Assembly: GCA_024704765.1 (NCBI GenBank)
Contig: JAKMXF010000077.1
Span: 511,220-575,219 of the forward strand
Length of the DNA stretch: 64,000 bases
Source of the DNA: Oopsacas minuta
Taxonomy: Eukaryota; Animalia; Porifera
Direction: 5' to 3'
Notes under the pieces: model-generated
Databases searched by the model: none
Told to the model about the DNA's origin: nothing
The model's input: only the letters and a program-made list of their open reading frames with translations
Shown: positions 39,796 to 54,117 of the stretch, in pieces
Position numbering within the stretch: the stretch's first letter is position 1
Layout: every line of letters begins with the position of its first letter
Translations under genes and position numbers: made by a program

Positions 39796-41989
39796 TATTG
39801 TATTTTTTCCTCACACGGCTAGGATTTCAATCCTTCAAATATATATTTACATTTTACTATGATTATCCAGTCAAAAATTTATAATATTTTTGCAGGAATT
39901 ATCAGTTGGCTAAATAATATTAATAGGAGGGAATACCTGAGAAGATTTCATTGGTACAAATATAAGTGTGAAATTCAGAATCAGCGTATTGAATTACCCC
40001 CTTTGTAGTTTAGAACATCTACGATCATTCAAAGGTTAAATAGTCGGGCAAATGTCTTTTAAATTATCCTTGGGTAATTTGAATAATATAAATTCGGAAA
40101 TATAATAGAAATAATTAAAGCTACAATTAAATTTAGATATTCAATGAACGCATATTATACAGCACTTGAAGTACCTATTGTTTAACGAATAACTATTTAA
40201 CATCTAAGAACAATTGAAATACTACAGATGACATAGTGGTAGATAATGAATATTTTCATTTACTTTCAGCAAAAAACTATAACCAATATAAAATTCTGAA
40301 AGAGTACAAAGGTGTAGAATATTTTTCTCTTTCGAAAGGTGTGATAATATTGGCACCCTTCCTTACGTAATTTTTACTAGAGGCCAGACAAAAGTTTGAC
40401 CAGCGTGAAATAGTGGCACTTGATGTCCGATTGATTAGCAAAGGGGCGGAGGCACACACGACGAATATCTCAATATCTTTCACACTTTATATCACCTTAA
40501 TTCTCCCCAGTCTTTGGCTGCTGGGCTATCACGGAGAAAAAAATATAGAAAAAATGGCCAACCATTTCAATACAGGGCCACTATACTAAAGTATAGTAGG
40601 CACAATAAAATAGTCAATCTTTGAAACTATGTAAAACGTTAAGAATTGAAGAATTTTCGAAATGTCGAAGTAACAAATGACCTAAAGGCATTTCAGAAAG
40701 AAAAATATAAATTATCGATAATAGAGTGCATGTGTTTCAGAGATATCGCACAGAACTGGGATATCACATCAAGGTTAGCCAATATAATGCACAATCAGCT
40801 TCTCGAGTCTGTATTATGCTTCTCACTATGATATTATGAAATTTTGTGTATTTTTGAAACTGAACTTACACTGCTTTGTTAAAAGTATCGGAACACCCTG
40901 CCACAATAGACAGCTGGAAAGGGCATGCAACCTTAGTTTGTAGGCTAAAGAAGATTTGCAACTGAACATAAATAGGTATATCATAAACAACAAAAGACAA
41001 GCTATTGTTTTACTTTCTGCTATATCCATAAAATCTTACAACGCATTCTCGCCATGTGTCACTTGTGCAACAAGTGGTAGCGTTCTAATACTTTTACCAG
41101 GCAGTGAAAAAGGAAATTTTATGATTATGTCACATTGGTAAGAGATAGTAGAAGAAATGTATTATATGGGTTTCGGAAGTCGAGTATATATTAAAATTTA
41201 TGGATATCCAGAATTTACCATAATTGTAAAGATTATCGAGTTATATCAGGATATTAACAAAATAACATCATCCATGCTCTATATCTTCAAATTATGACTT
41301 TATGGAGACTAATATACTGTAGTTTCAGAATCAGCATAGTCAACACAAAAGGAAAGAATTTATAGTGTCCAGGAAGTAAAAACATTCCAAAATTCAAACA
41401 TTGGTACAAAGTAATTGACCCATATTATACATGTATGACATAATCTCAATCTTCTTTGAGTGTCATTGGCAGAAAATATTGCTATTAAAAATTGTATAAA
41501 TATTATTGAAAAAACAGAAAAAATTCTCAAAACCCAAAAAATATATTACTATATGATTCACCTTGGGCGCAAATGGAAATATATCTATATAGATAGAAAA
41601 TAAATTCGAAAATTTAGAGATAAATCGTACATGGACACACGAGGCTGAAGTAAATCGCACTATACATCCACAAAAGGGAACTCGAGATGTTTATCACAGG
41701 GCAATAAGTGGAAACAGTGGCGTAACTAGGATTTGAAACTGCGGATGGCTTAGGGCACCAATACAAATCCTAGGGGCTATTAATTTGACATAATGCGGAA
41801 AACAATATATACAAACATTTTGAATTTTTTTTATATTAAATATATAAAATAAAATATCAGTAATATGTAAATATCGATATGAGTTCAACTGACATCAACT
41901 ATCACAGATATATAAACAAAACATAATTATACAAATCAAATGATGACATGATACATTATACCTGCACACGAAATAATTGGTCCTGCCGG

Positions 41990-42260
41990 TGAAGCAGTGA
42001 ACAGTGTTCTCATTGAATAATATTCACCGAACATTAGTCCTAGGGGATATGATTTCCTACAATGTTCCATATTATGAATAATGTTTCTCGGACATTATTA
42101 ACTTAGGGAATATGACTCCTCACACATATTTCCTTAGTGAATAATGTTCACCAGAACATTATTACAAGGGAATATGGTCCCCAATGTTCCTCTTTGCTAA
42201 AAATGGTTCCAAACAATATTCTCTAGAAAAAATTGTTCCCTAAACAGTTCAAATTTGAGC
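41990..42260 (+). repeat. Degenerate ~35-45 bp tandem array; related copy at 54720-54920
   Basis: Units such as GAACATTAGTCCTAGGGGATATGATTTCC, GACATTATTAACTTAGGGAATATGACTCC and GAACATTATTACAAGGGAATATGGTCC. Confidence 0.6.
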
Positions 42261-43083
42261 CATTATAATTGTAAAAAAGCATGCGGCATAAGTAACTAAC
42301 ATTAAGAGAGAATCACGGTCATCATTGGGGAATTCCAGGACAGCCCAACAAGTCATTTCACTGACATCTTCCGATTTGCTTCAAACTAAGTTAGTCGTTA
42401 GTCATAGACATATCATTGGTTATGTGTGAATTCAGACATGGCAATTCTTCGAAATTACGCAATGAATTCAAAGTGTGTCTATTTACAAAATGGCAACACT
42501 AACTGAACACTTAGATAATTGTGAGATCTCAATTATCGCCAAAAAAACTTCAACATGGAGACAAAAAGATGGAGAAAATTCAAATTATCATAATAGGATT
42601 ATTAGGACCCATATACTGCATCAAACGAGGAATTGAACATGCCACCAGAAGTGAAACCGCAACTATGAAATAGAATTCGAAGAGATATCCGGAACTTACA
42701 ATTACCTGTTATACATTATATATTAGAGTATGTTTTCAGAATGTGGCATGTTCGTTTTACTTCCATATGTTCCCTAGAAGGTATTAACAATTATTTCTCA
42801 TCGACAACGATATATTAACAAATAACTTTAAAAGATTCCAAGAGACTGAAAGAATTAGACGTATTTTATGATGTTTATTGTTAGCATTCAGGGATTTAGA
42901 TTCCAAATCATATTAATACCTCAATGCATTATATACAAATCGAATTAACAACCACATTTACATCCTGTAAATGGCGGAGCTGAGGCAAGTGGGCATAACC
43001 TGTTGATATGAAAATCCTGGGATGCCAGATCTTGACATTATTTCCGGGCTGTTATCATCCATGTTTACAAAGAAGAATCTTTT

Positions 43084-43582
43084 AATAGTGTATAGAGTTA
43101 TAGTAACATGAGTGTCATCGAAAGATGATGTAACTTTGAAGGAATTTTGACAAAGTCCTAAGTTGCAATGTAAATGGATATGAACAGAATCTAGCAATAT
43201 CTGCAAGAATAATGATGGTAGGGCTCAATCCTTCATAGTAATGACTACTCAAATGTGTCTTTCTACTAATGAAATTGTGAGGAATAATACTTAAGTTTAA
43301 GTAGTAAACGGTATAGAACACCTTACTATACAAAGTCAATCAATATAAATGAAGTAATCATATATTAACCGTTAGTGTTAATAAAACTAATGATTCAAGA
43401 ATAGAAGTCACATTTACGTATCCATTACTATGAAGGATATAGCTCTACCATCAATATTCTTGCAGATATGGCTAGATTCTGTTCATATCTCTCCACAATG
43501 AAACAGAGGAATTGTCAAAATTTCATTAAAATCTCAACTTTTGGGGTAGCAGTTACATGCCACTATAATTCCATACACTAAT
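43084..43582. repeat. Long imperfect inverted repeat (foldback), arms ~180 bp
   Basis: 43084-43265 is the reverse complement of ~43402-43582. Shared core GATATGAACAGAATCTAGC.ATATCTGCAAGAATA.TGATGGTAG.GCT..ATCCTTCATAGTAATG. Confidence 0.8.
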
Positions 43583-46500
43583 GATGATAATGTAGAAATA
43601 CAATTATCATATTGAAATAATCAGTATAGTGTCAAATTGAGTAGATATAATTGTGACTAAATTCAAGTTAGTAGCATATTGGTGTTTGATATCATCCTGA
43701 GATTCACAGCTTGGGAGGGAATGGGTCAAATTGGTTTTGAGAAGAGACGACGCCTATTATTTGTAGACTGCCAGGGATAGTATACAGACATCATAGTAAA
43801 GAGACGGTATTGTACCTTCTTTCAACTTTAGAGACTTCCAGGGGACTTCTCAACAGGTGTAATCTCTTTTGACTCTTATATATATATTCTGAATTTCTCC
43901 ACCATGAACTGCTAAGTACACACGTAGTCGGTCTTGAGATCATAAACATTATGATAATGTAATTATACAAGTTTCAAACAAGCATACAAATTGGTAAAAT
44001 CGGTAAAATACAGTTATGCCTTAGAATAGGAAATATAGCATCAAATGATTGTACAAAATTGGCAAATTTTCAGTTCGGTCTACCTAACCACATGCCCAAA
44101 ATGCACAATCAGTATGAGACCCATGATCAGTAGGCTATACCCTCTCCAATTAGAAGTCTAATATTTTCCACGAATCGAAAAACATTCCTAGTATTCTATC
44201 AAATTTACAGGATGCAGCACACCGGACGAGTCAGCTGTCAAAATTATGGGGTAACAACCAAAGGTGCGTGTTGTACAAGAAAAAATGTGATAAATCCAGG
44301 CAAATATCCTGTAATCAAACATTTAAGCGAAATACAGGAGGGGCCAGATCTAAAATGAAATTCGGGGGAATACTATGAGGTATTACTAAACGGAACTCAA
44401 AACATCTCTTGTCAGAAAAGATACATAGAAATTGCCATTAATAGCAGCTCGGATAGTCAAGTGCTAAGTAAAAAATGTTCATTTTGGTCATGCAACTAAT
44501 GAAATACTAATTTTATATGAAGGAGTGCCTCTCAATATTTACCCATTTCTGGAAAAATTGGCCCAATGCTCTGTGTGCGAAAATTGAGAAAATTTGAAAC
44601 CGGTCTAAATTTCTGAAATGAAGCCCAAGTATGTTTTCATTGTGGTATTTAAAATCAGCATTCAACTTCTAGCAATTTGATGGGCTATGTAACCATTGCA
44701 TTCAATTCTCTAAGGACCACTTTAGAGATGGAATGTCTTGTCACGAATATCGGAATTGAAAATAGATTTGAATAAAATATGAACGTTAATTGTATATTAA
44801 ATGTTTTGAGGTTAGAATGGGACAAACATACATTAGAAATAGACAAAAATTCACCATATAATTTGGTCTTTTAAGTCGTTGTAAAGATATTCCAAGAATC
44901 TTCATGTGTCTCGGTCAATTGTGACATTAATCGTACAAATGGACAATAAAGACTATAAATAAGAAGAAAATCAAATTCTGAGAAAATAGTCATCCAAATT
45001 AAAATTTTGAACATTCTCAATGCATTGTTATTTTATTTAACGCCTGATAGAATGTCAATATTCACATATTTTAGAGCAGTTATACTAACAAGATTAACTT
45101 TTGATATTTGCAAATTTCAATTAAGACAATTGATCATACATGAGGGTCTAATCAATAAATGACACAAACTATTAAGTTTGATCAATGATGGATAACAACA
45201 TTAGCCTTTAAAGAATACGTATGGGAGAATTTATCAAATTTTAGTGCTAGTTTTCCACGAGGACGATGAATATTGAATTATAGTTGTTGATGGGGAAATT
45301 GGGGAAGCTGAAAATTGTTGAAATTACAAGATAATATATAACTAGTGCGATCCACCAGCTAGGTCGCTACGCAACAGCTTAGTGCTTCAGGTTAAGCTTT
45401 AGAAAACACAGGTAAATTTCCGAGCACTTTTGGTTGCTAAACGACGGGGTAAACTAGGCACTGCGTGCCTCGAATACTAAACTTCCCGGGAATTTTAAGT
45501 TTTAATTAGCAATGGTCCACTAAATTACATTCAATCGGATTTATGTGATGAAATTTTGTCCAGTCAAGATAATGGAATATTTCCAGGATGAGTTAGCATT
45601 TAGTTAAAGTGATGGCGTTATAATATTTGGTATATTGCAGCTTACTTGCGTTTCCATTTCAACCTTATAGCAGATATATTGGCTGAGAAGTGGATAATAG
45701 GGTGATTTTCTCACAATCAAAATAGTGATAATTATGTCATAATTTCATCATAGGTGCCAATTTTCATTTAAGATTCGAACTCGTCGAGCCAGACCAAGAA
45801 TACCACAGTATGCCAAAATGAGCCCTGGATGTCTTATAGTTTCCTCAATTAATCATGGACATACAAACAAATATGTATATCATAGCAAACATACGTATAT
45901 AGATAAATGAATCTAATGAGTAGTGTAAACATCTCCCCCCTACTGGACAGTGTAAGTATCACACACCAAAACTCAAGTTTATGTCAATCCAAAGTTGTAA
46001 AGAAGGGATGTGTGCACCTGTTTGATAATATACTCAAAAGCTGCTTCCTTCCATTCGAATAATAAATTCATATAAATTTCATCTAATGAATTTATTGTTT
46101 GAATGAAAAGAGGAAGGAGTTCCATATCTTTCTACTAGATTTTAAATAAATATAGAGGCAAATAATTATTCCATGTGGGCAGTTATATAATATAGACATT
46201 TCAAAGGGGCGATTATTCCAGGAGGGCTACTATGCGAGGAAATACTAATTTATATATGAAGGATATATAAAATATAAGTCTGGGTAATGAGTATCAATTT
46301 GTTTCTATTCTCTTCAGATAATTTGTTTACTTGTATACAAATAGTGCATAATAATTTAGAGTTTAAATTATAATCATGAATTTTATGCCTAGATTGTGTT
46401 GCAAATGGTCAAACTCCGAATAGAAAGGAATATATTATTTTTGGAAACGAATCAGTGAGGTTCGGTATATTTATACCGAAACTACACTGATTCGTTTGCA

Positions 46501-46599
46501 AAATAATATGTTTTGTGCAATTGATGGTAATCATTAGGTTGTTTATCCTCTACTGAATTATCTGTAGTTTTGAATATCTTTGAGGGTATTATACTTCTA

Positions 46600-47830
46600 A
46601 TCACTTGAAGAATATGCATGGAAATTGAGATTTAGCACTAAGGTGGATGGCATCTTAAGCTGAGGAATGGCTCAAATGTGTTTTAGCAAAGCAGGCTCAG
46701 ACTTTCATTCAATTAAATAGGGTGTTCCATGGGGCTGCATAATTGGACCTAAGGAGTTTTATTGGACATTTAGCCTGTATTTTTGATTCTGAATGCTCAT
46801 GGAAGTGATGAAATGATGCATGCAAATGATACGTGCATGATGTATGCATTTACTATCTTTCTAGGACTAACATACCTCAATCTCTTGAAAATTGTATCGT
46901 TGATGTTAGAACTTGGTTAATGGAGAACAAAATGATGTTTAATGACGCAGAGACAGAAATCAATCATCTTAGCCCTAAATTCGGAAGCACTGTTTTACTA
47001 CCTCATTAGAAAATAAGACCATCATATAATGTATATCTTACCAGTTTTCCAATCCTATTATTTAGTAACTACCTTCGATGGATGTATCTTTGAAGTCTGA
47101 AAAAGTTATACAATTTCTAAAACAAGGTTATAAAAATATGGCTTCCAAATCATCTAATCCTGAACAGTAACAAAGAGGCTATACATAATTTCCCCCGATT
47201 CTAAAAGATATCAACAGAAATATTCAATCTGACCTGTTGACATTAGTGGGGATGAGGTACTATCATTTATAACAGTCAAGAGGGTGCAAGGTATTTCAAG
47301 ATGGGAAGGAATCGATAGATGAAATACCTCGAGCTGCAAGACAATTATCGGAAGTAACGTTTCGACGTTCGTGAATTATACGAAATAATCCATGTTGTGT
47401 ATTCAGGAGATTTCTCGATAAACTGAAGTATCAACGAGACATGTATATCGAATTCTAAAGGAGCACCTAAGAGTTAGTAGGGTTTGTTCTCGCAGAGTGC
47501 CGTATTCCCTTTGAAGAGGAGAAGCAGAAGAGGGTTCATGCTGCAAAAAATATACTTTCTCAGTATAAAAAGTGTGATGGACAGAGGGTATTCGAGAAAG
47601 GACGATTGACGAAACTTGGATATATATTATCAACTGCCTTATGGGAAGGCTGAATCCATGTATTGGCTAAGTCAGGACTAATGGAGGTCAAAGATGTTAA
47701 GGCATACTTTGGCTCCAAGAAGTTATCTTCGATGCATATGATATATTGGCTCAAATTGTCTACCAAAGGGTCAAACAATTGATGGTATGATGCAGAGCAC
47801 TCAGGTGATCACTGGAGGAGAGTGGAGAAA
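46600..47830. mobile_element. Mixed LINE fragments (RT piece on +, endonuclease-to-RT linker on -)
   Basis: Plus strand: GVPWGCIIGP (~46720) and WLMENKMMFN (~46915). Minus strand: LSSSDHL and REYGTLREQTLLTLR (47403-47830). Confidence 0.5.
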
Positions 47831-47909
47831 GGTTACCTAGAGCGTCGGCCCAAATAGGGGTGTGGTTAAATTATTACGAGAGAATGCCAGCTGCAATAAG
47901 ACTAAGCAA

Positions 47910-48180
47910 GCTATCAGACCTTTGAAGAAAGAGGCATTACTTGAGGACCCTCCATATCGCCTGACTTAAGTATTTGTGGCTTTTGGCTTTCTCAAATCTC
48001 AAAACATCACTAAGTAACGAATTTTGATAGCAGGATGGAAGTTGGATTTGCAATTCACAAGTACATGAAAGAAATACCCGAAGAATAATATAAAAAGGCA
48101 TTTTGGTGCTGGCTGGAAAGTCTAAAACCGTGTATTCAAGAAAATGGTGAGTATGTTGAGAATAGTTAACTAATTTATCG
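47910..48180 (+). mobile_element. mariner C-terminal remnant
   Basis: PPY..DLSICGFWL and EIPEE*YKKAFWCWLESLKPCIQENGEYVE. Confidence 0.65.
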
Positions 48181-49454
48181 CAACCTATTGATAAAATAGT
48201 AAGGTTAGCTTAATACTTATGAAATAATCCAAATAATGGGACTGATGCATACATTTATCTCTCCGCTCAAGAATTCTGTAACAGTTTACTCTACTGTTTG
48301 CCGAAGATTGTAATCAGTAAACTACAGACCACTCAGAATTCTTCTAGTTGGAGCATGGCGGTAAGATAGCGAACTAGATATTTTACACAGTTTGCACTGG
48401 CTGCCCCGACCTTAAACTAATAATACATAAGATTTTACTCTTTGTACAGAATTCCTTTAATGAGATTGGGCCTAGGTATGTTAATGTACTTTGGTGACGA
48501 TATACCCTAAAAAGAGCATTGAGATATGGATCAATTTGTTTGTTACATATTCCTCAGGCATCCAGTTGTACACACTTCAATAGGGGGATAGATCGTTCAC
48601 AAATGCAGGTCATGGAAAGCGGAACAAGCCACCAGTTCATGTAAAACTACTCTCATCATATATACTTTCAAGCCTGCTCTGTAGACAACATTCCAAATAT
48701 TCGACCAATGTTAATATATGCAAATCACTCTTCTCATTTTCCCTGGCTAACTTACTACTATCTGTTCCAATTGAATTTCTTTATCAACTGTTGCACAATA
48801 TTACATACTACTTTATCTTTCTGTATATCGTCCTGGGGTTGCTTCAATGCAGAACGATTACACAATAGAATAGATAATAAAAATACATATAAGGATCTAG
48901 GTTCTAGGAGTACAACATTTTGAAAGTTGTCAAACGATGAAAAGGATGCCAACATGATAATCTATTATTAAGGATTAGTGCACAGTACAATTGGAATCAA
49001 TTATATATTTCTTAGCATTTTTAGAACATTTCCAAAGATTGTAAAAACTTAGGGAAGAGTACGGGTCAGCTAGGATCTTTTGTATTTAGAAATCCGTATA
49101 GAAATTTCTTTGGACCAATTTGGCAGTCAGTTAATCTTTACAATCTTGCAGGTTTATCTCCCTAGATACTAAATTTACAAAAATCAAATTCCCATCCAGA
49201 CTTTTGCGGACTTATGTTTGATATTCAGAAAGGTATATTCTATAATGCACCGTTGAAATATCTTTATTATAGTTTACCCTCGTTTCATGTTATTAAACGT
49301 ATATTCACTGAACAATATGCCTTGTAGGTGAATAAAGTCACATTAAACTACATATTTACACTGACTGCCATATTACATACATTTCCAAATAGTAAGCCTT
49401 GCAAATACTTGGTACAAATTGTAATCACAAACGTTAGAATATATATTTCCAAAC

Positions 49455-49748
49455 CTCCATGAATCTCCAAAGTAAGGGGGATTTCAATTCTACCATAAGC
49501 ATTTTCCACATTACAAATATAGACTCCAGCATGGCGAAATTGAATATCGTAGATTAACAGATTAAAGTTTGAAGCAATTGCAATATATGCATCTTCTTCG
49601 ACGAAGCCATCATCTTTAATCCAGAAGAATTGTAAAGGTAGAGATCCATCAATTTTAGGAATACAAACTTCTACATTGCTTCCAACTCGAAAGTTCAAAA
49701 ATATCGGTAAAATTGTGTGGTCACGTAGTGAAGGAGGCAATTCATTTC
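49455..49748 (-). CDS. Exon encoding an I-set immunoglobulin domain (probably the extracellular part of the same RPTP)
   Basis: attttag|GAAATG...CATGGAG|gtttgg, 294 bp, phase 1-1. Encodes VGSNVEVCIPKIDGSLPLQFFWIKD..LLIYDIQFRHAGVYICNVENAYG, with the canonical Ig Cys, Trp and GxYxC. Confidence 0.88.
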
Positions 49749-50557
49749 CTAAAATGGGCAATTATATACATTGGAATCAAAGAATACATAGAGGAACGCA
49801 ATTATACCTGAAAATACGAGTGTTATCTTAGCAATCGATTCACTAGCACATTCAACTCCCCACTAAAACACCTTATTCTCAAAAAGTATGGTTCTATTTT
49901 GAAAAGAACCATACTAGTGTAAAGAAGAAAGTTGATATATTTCATATCATCACTCATAGTCACTAAATTTACATGATGAATAAGCAATTTTGCATTACAT
50001 TTTGCTCGAGGTTTTTACTGCTATCTCCAAAAAATAATTCTGATAACAACTAATCAATTTAATCATATTACATCTCACTTGGTACATTGTGTATATCCAA
50101 TTTGAAATTAACATTATTATTTTTAAAAAGTTATGAACGCCCAAACTTTAAATAGGAATTACATAGATGACCTGTTTTTTGCTAGATGATTGGTATGCTT
50201 TGTAGCTATGTATTGATTACTTGAATAGTCTTGACATAAATTTACTTAGAATGACTAAATTCTTGAGGTTAAATCTATTATTTCTCAATTATTGGGACCA
50301 GTTATGTCAGTTTAGATTTTGAACTTTGTAATAAATCAAGAATGAATAATATGAATATCAATCAACAAGCACCTATAACACTGTAATTGATTAATTTCGT
50401 TTCTCACGACCTTAATACTTTTGATATTGTTCAACTTTATTGTATTTCAACTTCATTTCTTCCACAAATTTTCTCCATTACAACAGTCCTGCTAAATTTC
50501 ATTTCAATTCAATCATAAATCATATGAGTTTCTTTCTTAATTAATTTTGTAATGCTA

Positions 50558-50661
50558 CATAGTCAACTCCCGGTATATCACACATCGATATTTAGAGTTC
50601 CTCGCTATATCGAAGTAATTATCGCGGTCCCTTGATTCCGATAGAAGGGGAGTTGACTGTA
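50558..50661. mobile_element. ~100-bp Tc1/pogo-type MITE
   Basis: TIRs AGTCAACTCCC / GGGAGTTGACTG with flanking TA. Confidence 0.75.
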
Positions 50662-51380
50662 GTTTATGCAAATGTGTCAGAAAACTAGTCGTTCTTTTTG
50701 GCATAGATTGTGTTCTTACTTCCAACCATGACATCTGTATCAATGGAACTTGAATATTTTATGAGTTATCTATCAAAAAACATTTTGTATATATGATTCT
50801 TGAATATTTTGTCAGATCTCATCCAAATATGTAAATTGATTGTGACAAAGATCACAAATGAAAGTATATTCGTATTTGTATCGACAATTGGATTATATGG
50901 AACAATCATACGACCTTTTCTTTAACCAAGATACGTTTAAAAGCTGGATTATTTTACGCAGGATTGGGAAACTAACGCAACACCAATATGCAAAGTTCTG
51001 GAAGATACAGTATTTTTCAAGGATCCAATGAACATGAAAAATATATTCTTATCCTTACAATTATCTTAATCAATCTAGGAATAATATCTCCAAACCTCTC
51101 TTACAGACTATATTTCACAATTTATAGAAATTTGAATCAGAAAGAAGTTACAATCTAATTTTTGAAGCATTCATTTGGAGACCCATCTCTGGAGTTAAGT
51201 CTCGATTCTCTTACCATTCTGGCATTGACAATCTGTCAACTTGAAATTGGGAAGATCTTTGTTTTCCCTAGCTACAAGTACATTTAGTGTATTTCTATTC
51301 TAAATATGTTATTAGAATCCTTAAACAATCGATAATATAGTAGGCCTAATAATTTATCTTTTTTCCGTTACTTTTCAGTA

Positions 51381-52408
51381 CTAATTTGACTCTTTTTGGT
51401 ATCGATGACCAAAATGGACGTAAAATTCATGTTCTAAAGAATTCCATACTTCATTTAGCTCCCTATCCAGCTCATTTAAATTTCTTGGTGACTTCAAATC
51501 GATTTCTCTCTTGATCCACGACCAGAGGTTCTCGATCGGATTCAATTCCGGACTACAAGCAGACCAATCCATCCTATGCATCCCTTTCTCCTCCATGTAT
51601 CCTTTAGCAAGCTTGCACGTGTGTTTGGGATCGTTGTCTTCCTGGAAAACCCATCCATCAGGGTACAAGACACTTGCTTGTTCTACTAAACATTCGTGCA
51701 GAATGTCGCAGTAAAGTCGCCCGGTGAGATTTTCTCTGGAAACCTTGATAGGAAACATTCCACGTGCTGAAAACGCTCCCCAAACATGCAATTTAGGAGA
51801 GTGTTCGTACTGGCTTTTACTGGTTTCGAATCACCTTTACACCAGGCACATACTCTGCCGCCAGCTAGCCAAATGGACATCTCATCGCTAAATATCACTT
51901 TCTCCCAATCTCTACATCTGTTAGACTTAGCCCAATCGACACGATTTGCCTTATGGGTTTGTGTAAGCATCGGAATCTTTCTAGCAACCTTGCGGGTGAA
52001 GCCACGCCGCTTCATCTCAATCCTTACAGCCTCGTGTGAGAACGATAGACCTCGCCTTTTGTTAAATTTGCAAGTCAACTTCCTCACAGATAACCTAGGA
52101 TTGTTGATTGCCAAAATAAAAAGTGATCTAGCGCTATTTGCTTTGATCTGACGCTGTTTCCCGGAACCAACCTTTCTATCAACGGATTCAGCATTCCTCA
52201 ATTTGTAAACAGTATGATAAACTGTACATTTTGAAACTCCAGTTCTTCGAGATAATTCCATACAATTCGTGATTTCTGTGTCGAAAAGTATCTTGATATT
52301 GTTACGCTGTTCTTGCTCGTTCATTTTAAGGTTTTGAATTGATGAAAGTAAAGAATTATTAGCGAAGAAATAGAAGTGTTGCGAGAAATTCAAGTGATAA
52401 ATATTCAT
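51381..52408 (-). mobile_element. Tc1-like DD34E transposase, near complete, one frameshift
   Basis: HTH, then VIFSDEM, VWGAFSARG, FQEDNDPKH and WSACSPELNPIENLW. There are 34 residues between the second D and the E. TIRs not resolved. Confidence 0.9.
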
Positions 52409-53447
52409 ATAGAATATTTGATTAGTAACTAAGTATGAATTGAAATATTTTGTAACCGCAGTCAGCTAGAGAAGTTCAGTTGGCTAAGAAATGACTAGAA
52501 ATAGTTGAAAAACACAAACTATCAATATCATTACGATAACCAATTTGAAAATGCAATTAGGAACATTCTAACATCGAAAAAGATTTTCCCAATTTCAAGT
52601 TGACAGACTGTATAATTATTAATCGAAGTGTTGATCGCCTCTTCAAATCTTATCTGGTCAAGGGATTTGTTACTCTTCCTTGTATGGCTGTAATGATTCT
52701 GCATAAATAGTACCACCTGTTTCAGATATATCCTGTTCAAATATACATGGGAACAATAATCATTTTAATTCTAAAATGGATATACACAAAGTGCCAAGTG
52801 AGATATAATATGATTAAAATGATAAGTCGTTATCACAATTATTTTTTGGAGATATTAATAAAAGACCTCGACAAAAAATGCAATGCAAAATTGCCTACTC
52901 ATCGTGTAAATTCAGTGATTACAAGTGATGATATCAAATATATTAACTTTCCTCTTTACACTGGTAGGGTTTTTTCAAAATAGAATCAATACTTTTTGAG
53001 AGAAAGGTGTTTTAGTGGGGATTTGAATTGGCTGCTGAATCGGCTGCTAAGATAACACTCGTCTAGAAAATGCATCATTGTCAAAATATTGCTGCAAATG
53101 GAAACATTAATATCGTGCTCATCAATAGTTTTCGAATTATCGAAGAGCTAAGAAAAATATTGCGAATAAGATAAATGCATGTTGTAAATACATAAGTATC
53201 TAGTAGTACTAATAGACAAAATATTATTTTTAACTGGTGTATTTATAGACTTAAATACATTTATTAAGTATAAATTGTACTTGAACAAGTGCAAATTTAA
53301 TCTATCATGTTATAATAATCTATTACTCACTTCATTTTACCCAAAAGGAGGAAGAATTCCAATGATAAAGGCAGATGAGTATGAAAATTCTCGGAATAGA
53401 GAGAGTATTCAGGGACAGTACTAATCAGTTGGAATATTATGTGTATT

Positions 53448-54117
53448 CAGGGATGTCCTACTCTAATTATAAGTATGGGAGCGGTATTTCAAATTTCAAA
53501 TTCAATTGAATATATCCTAATTTCTAATACAAAACTCAAACAATATACCGGTAATTGAATTAATATGATAAGTATGAATATTATCAAAGGTTTAGTAGTA
53601 AATCTGAAAATAGAGTTCTAACAAGTGATTTAGTACCAAAAATTATTTAACCAATAATACTTCCAAATTTCTTCTTGTTTATGGGGCTCAAAATATTATA
53701 TTTCATCATTTTTTATATCCTACATTCCAGAACACGTTGCTTATAATATAATTATTACTTAAAAGAATCATTTGAAATAGATATTTGTTTACGATTAACG
53801 CTAGATTCGGATAAAATAATACATAGTTGATTTAAAACTTCCCATTGTTCTTTAAAACAAGTACAATAAATTCACGGCACTATAAACTAAACATTTGCCC
53901 TCTCAACTCGACTTAGTTATATTTGAAACAAATTTCAATTTATTTCAAATATTGATTGTATGCTACTGTAGATATCAGGTATACATATTCTCTATCTTGT
54001 GAAGTAATTGTGACTTCCCAATTTGATTTGATAAAAAAAGTATGGGAGCGGCGCTCCCACTACCTAAAAAACTATAGGAGAGGCGCTCCCACCCGCTCCC
54101 ATAGCAGGACTCCACTG
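53448..54117. mobile_element. Non-autonomous hAT-type element (670 bp)
   Basis: Termini CAGGGATGTCCTACT / AGCAGGACTCCACTG with subterminal TATGGGAGCGG / CGCTCCCATA. Perfect 8-bp TSD TGTGTATT (53440-53447, 54118-54125). Confidence 0.85.

Noticed and set aside
47403-47778. Overlapping ORFs as a fibronectin III exon of the host gene
   Set aside because: Frameshifted, and better explained as a LINE endonuclease-to-RT linker.
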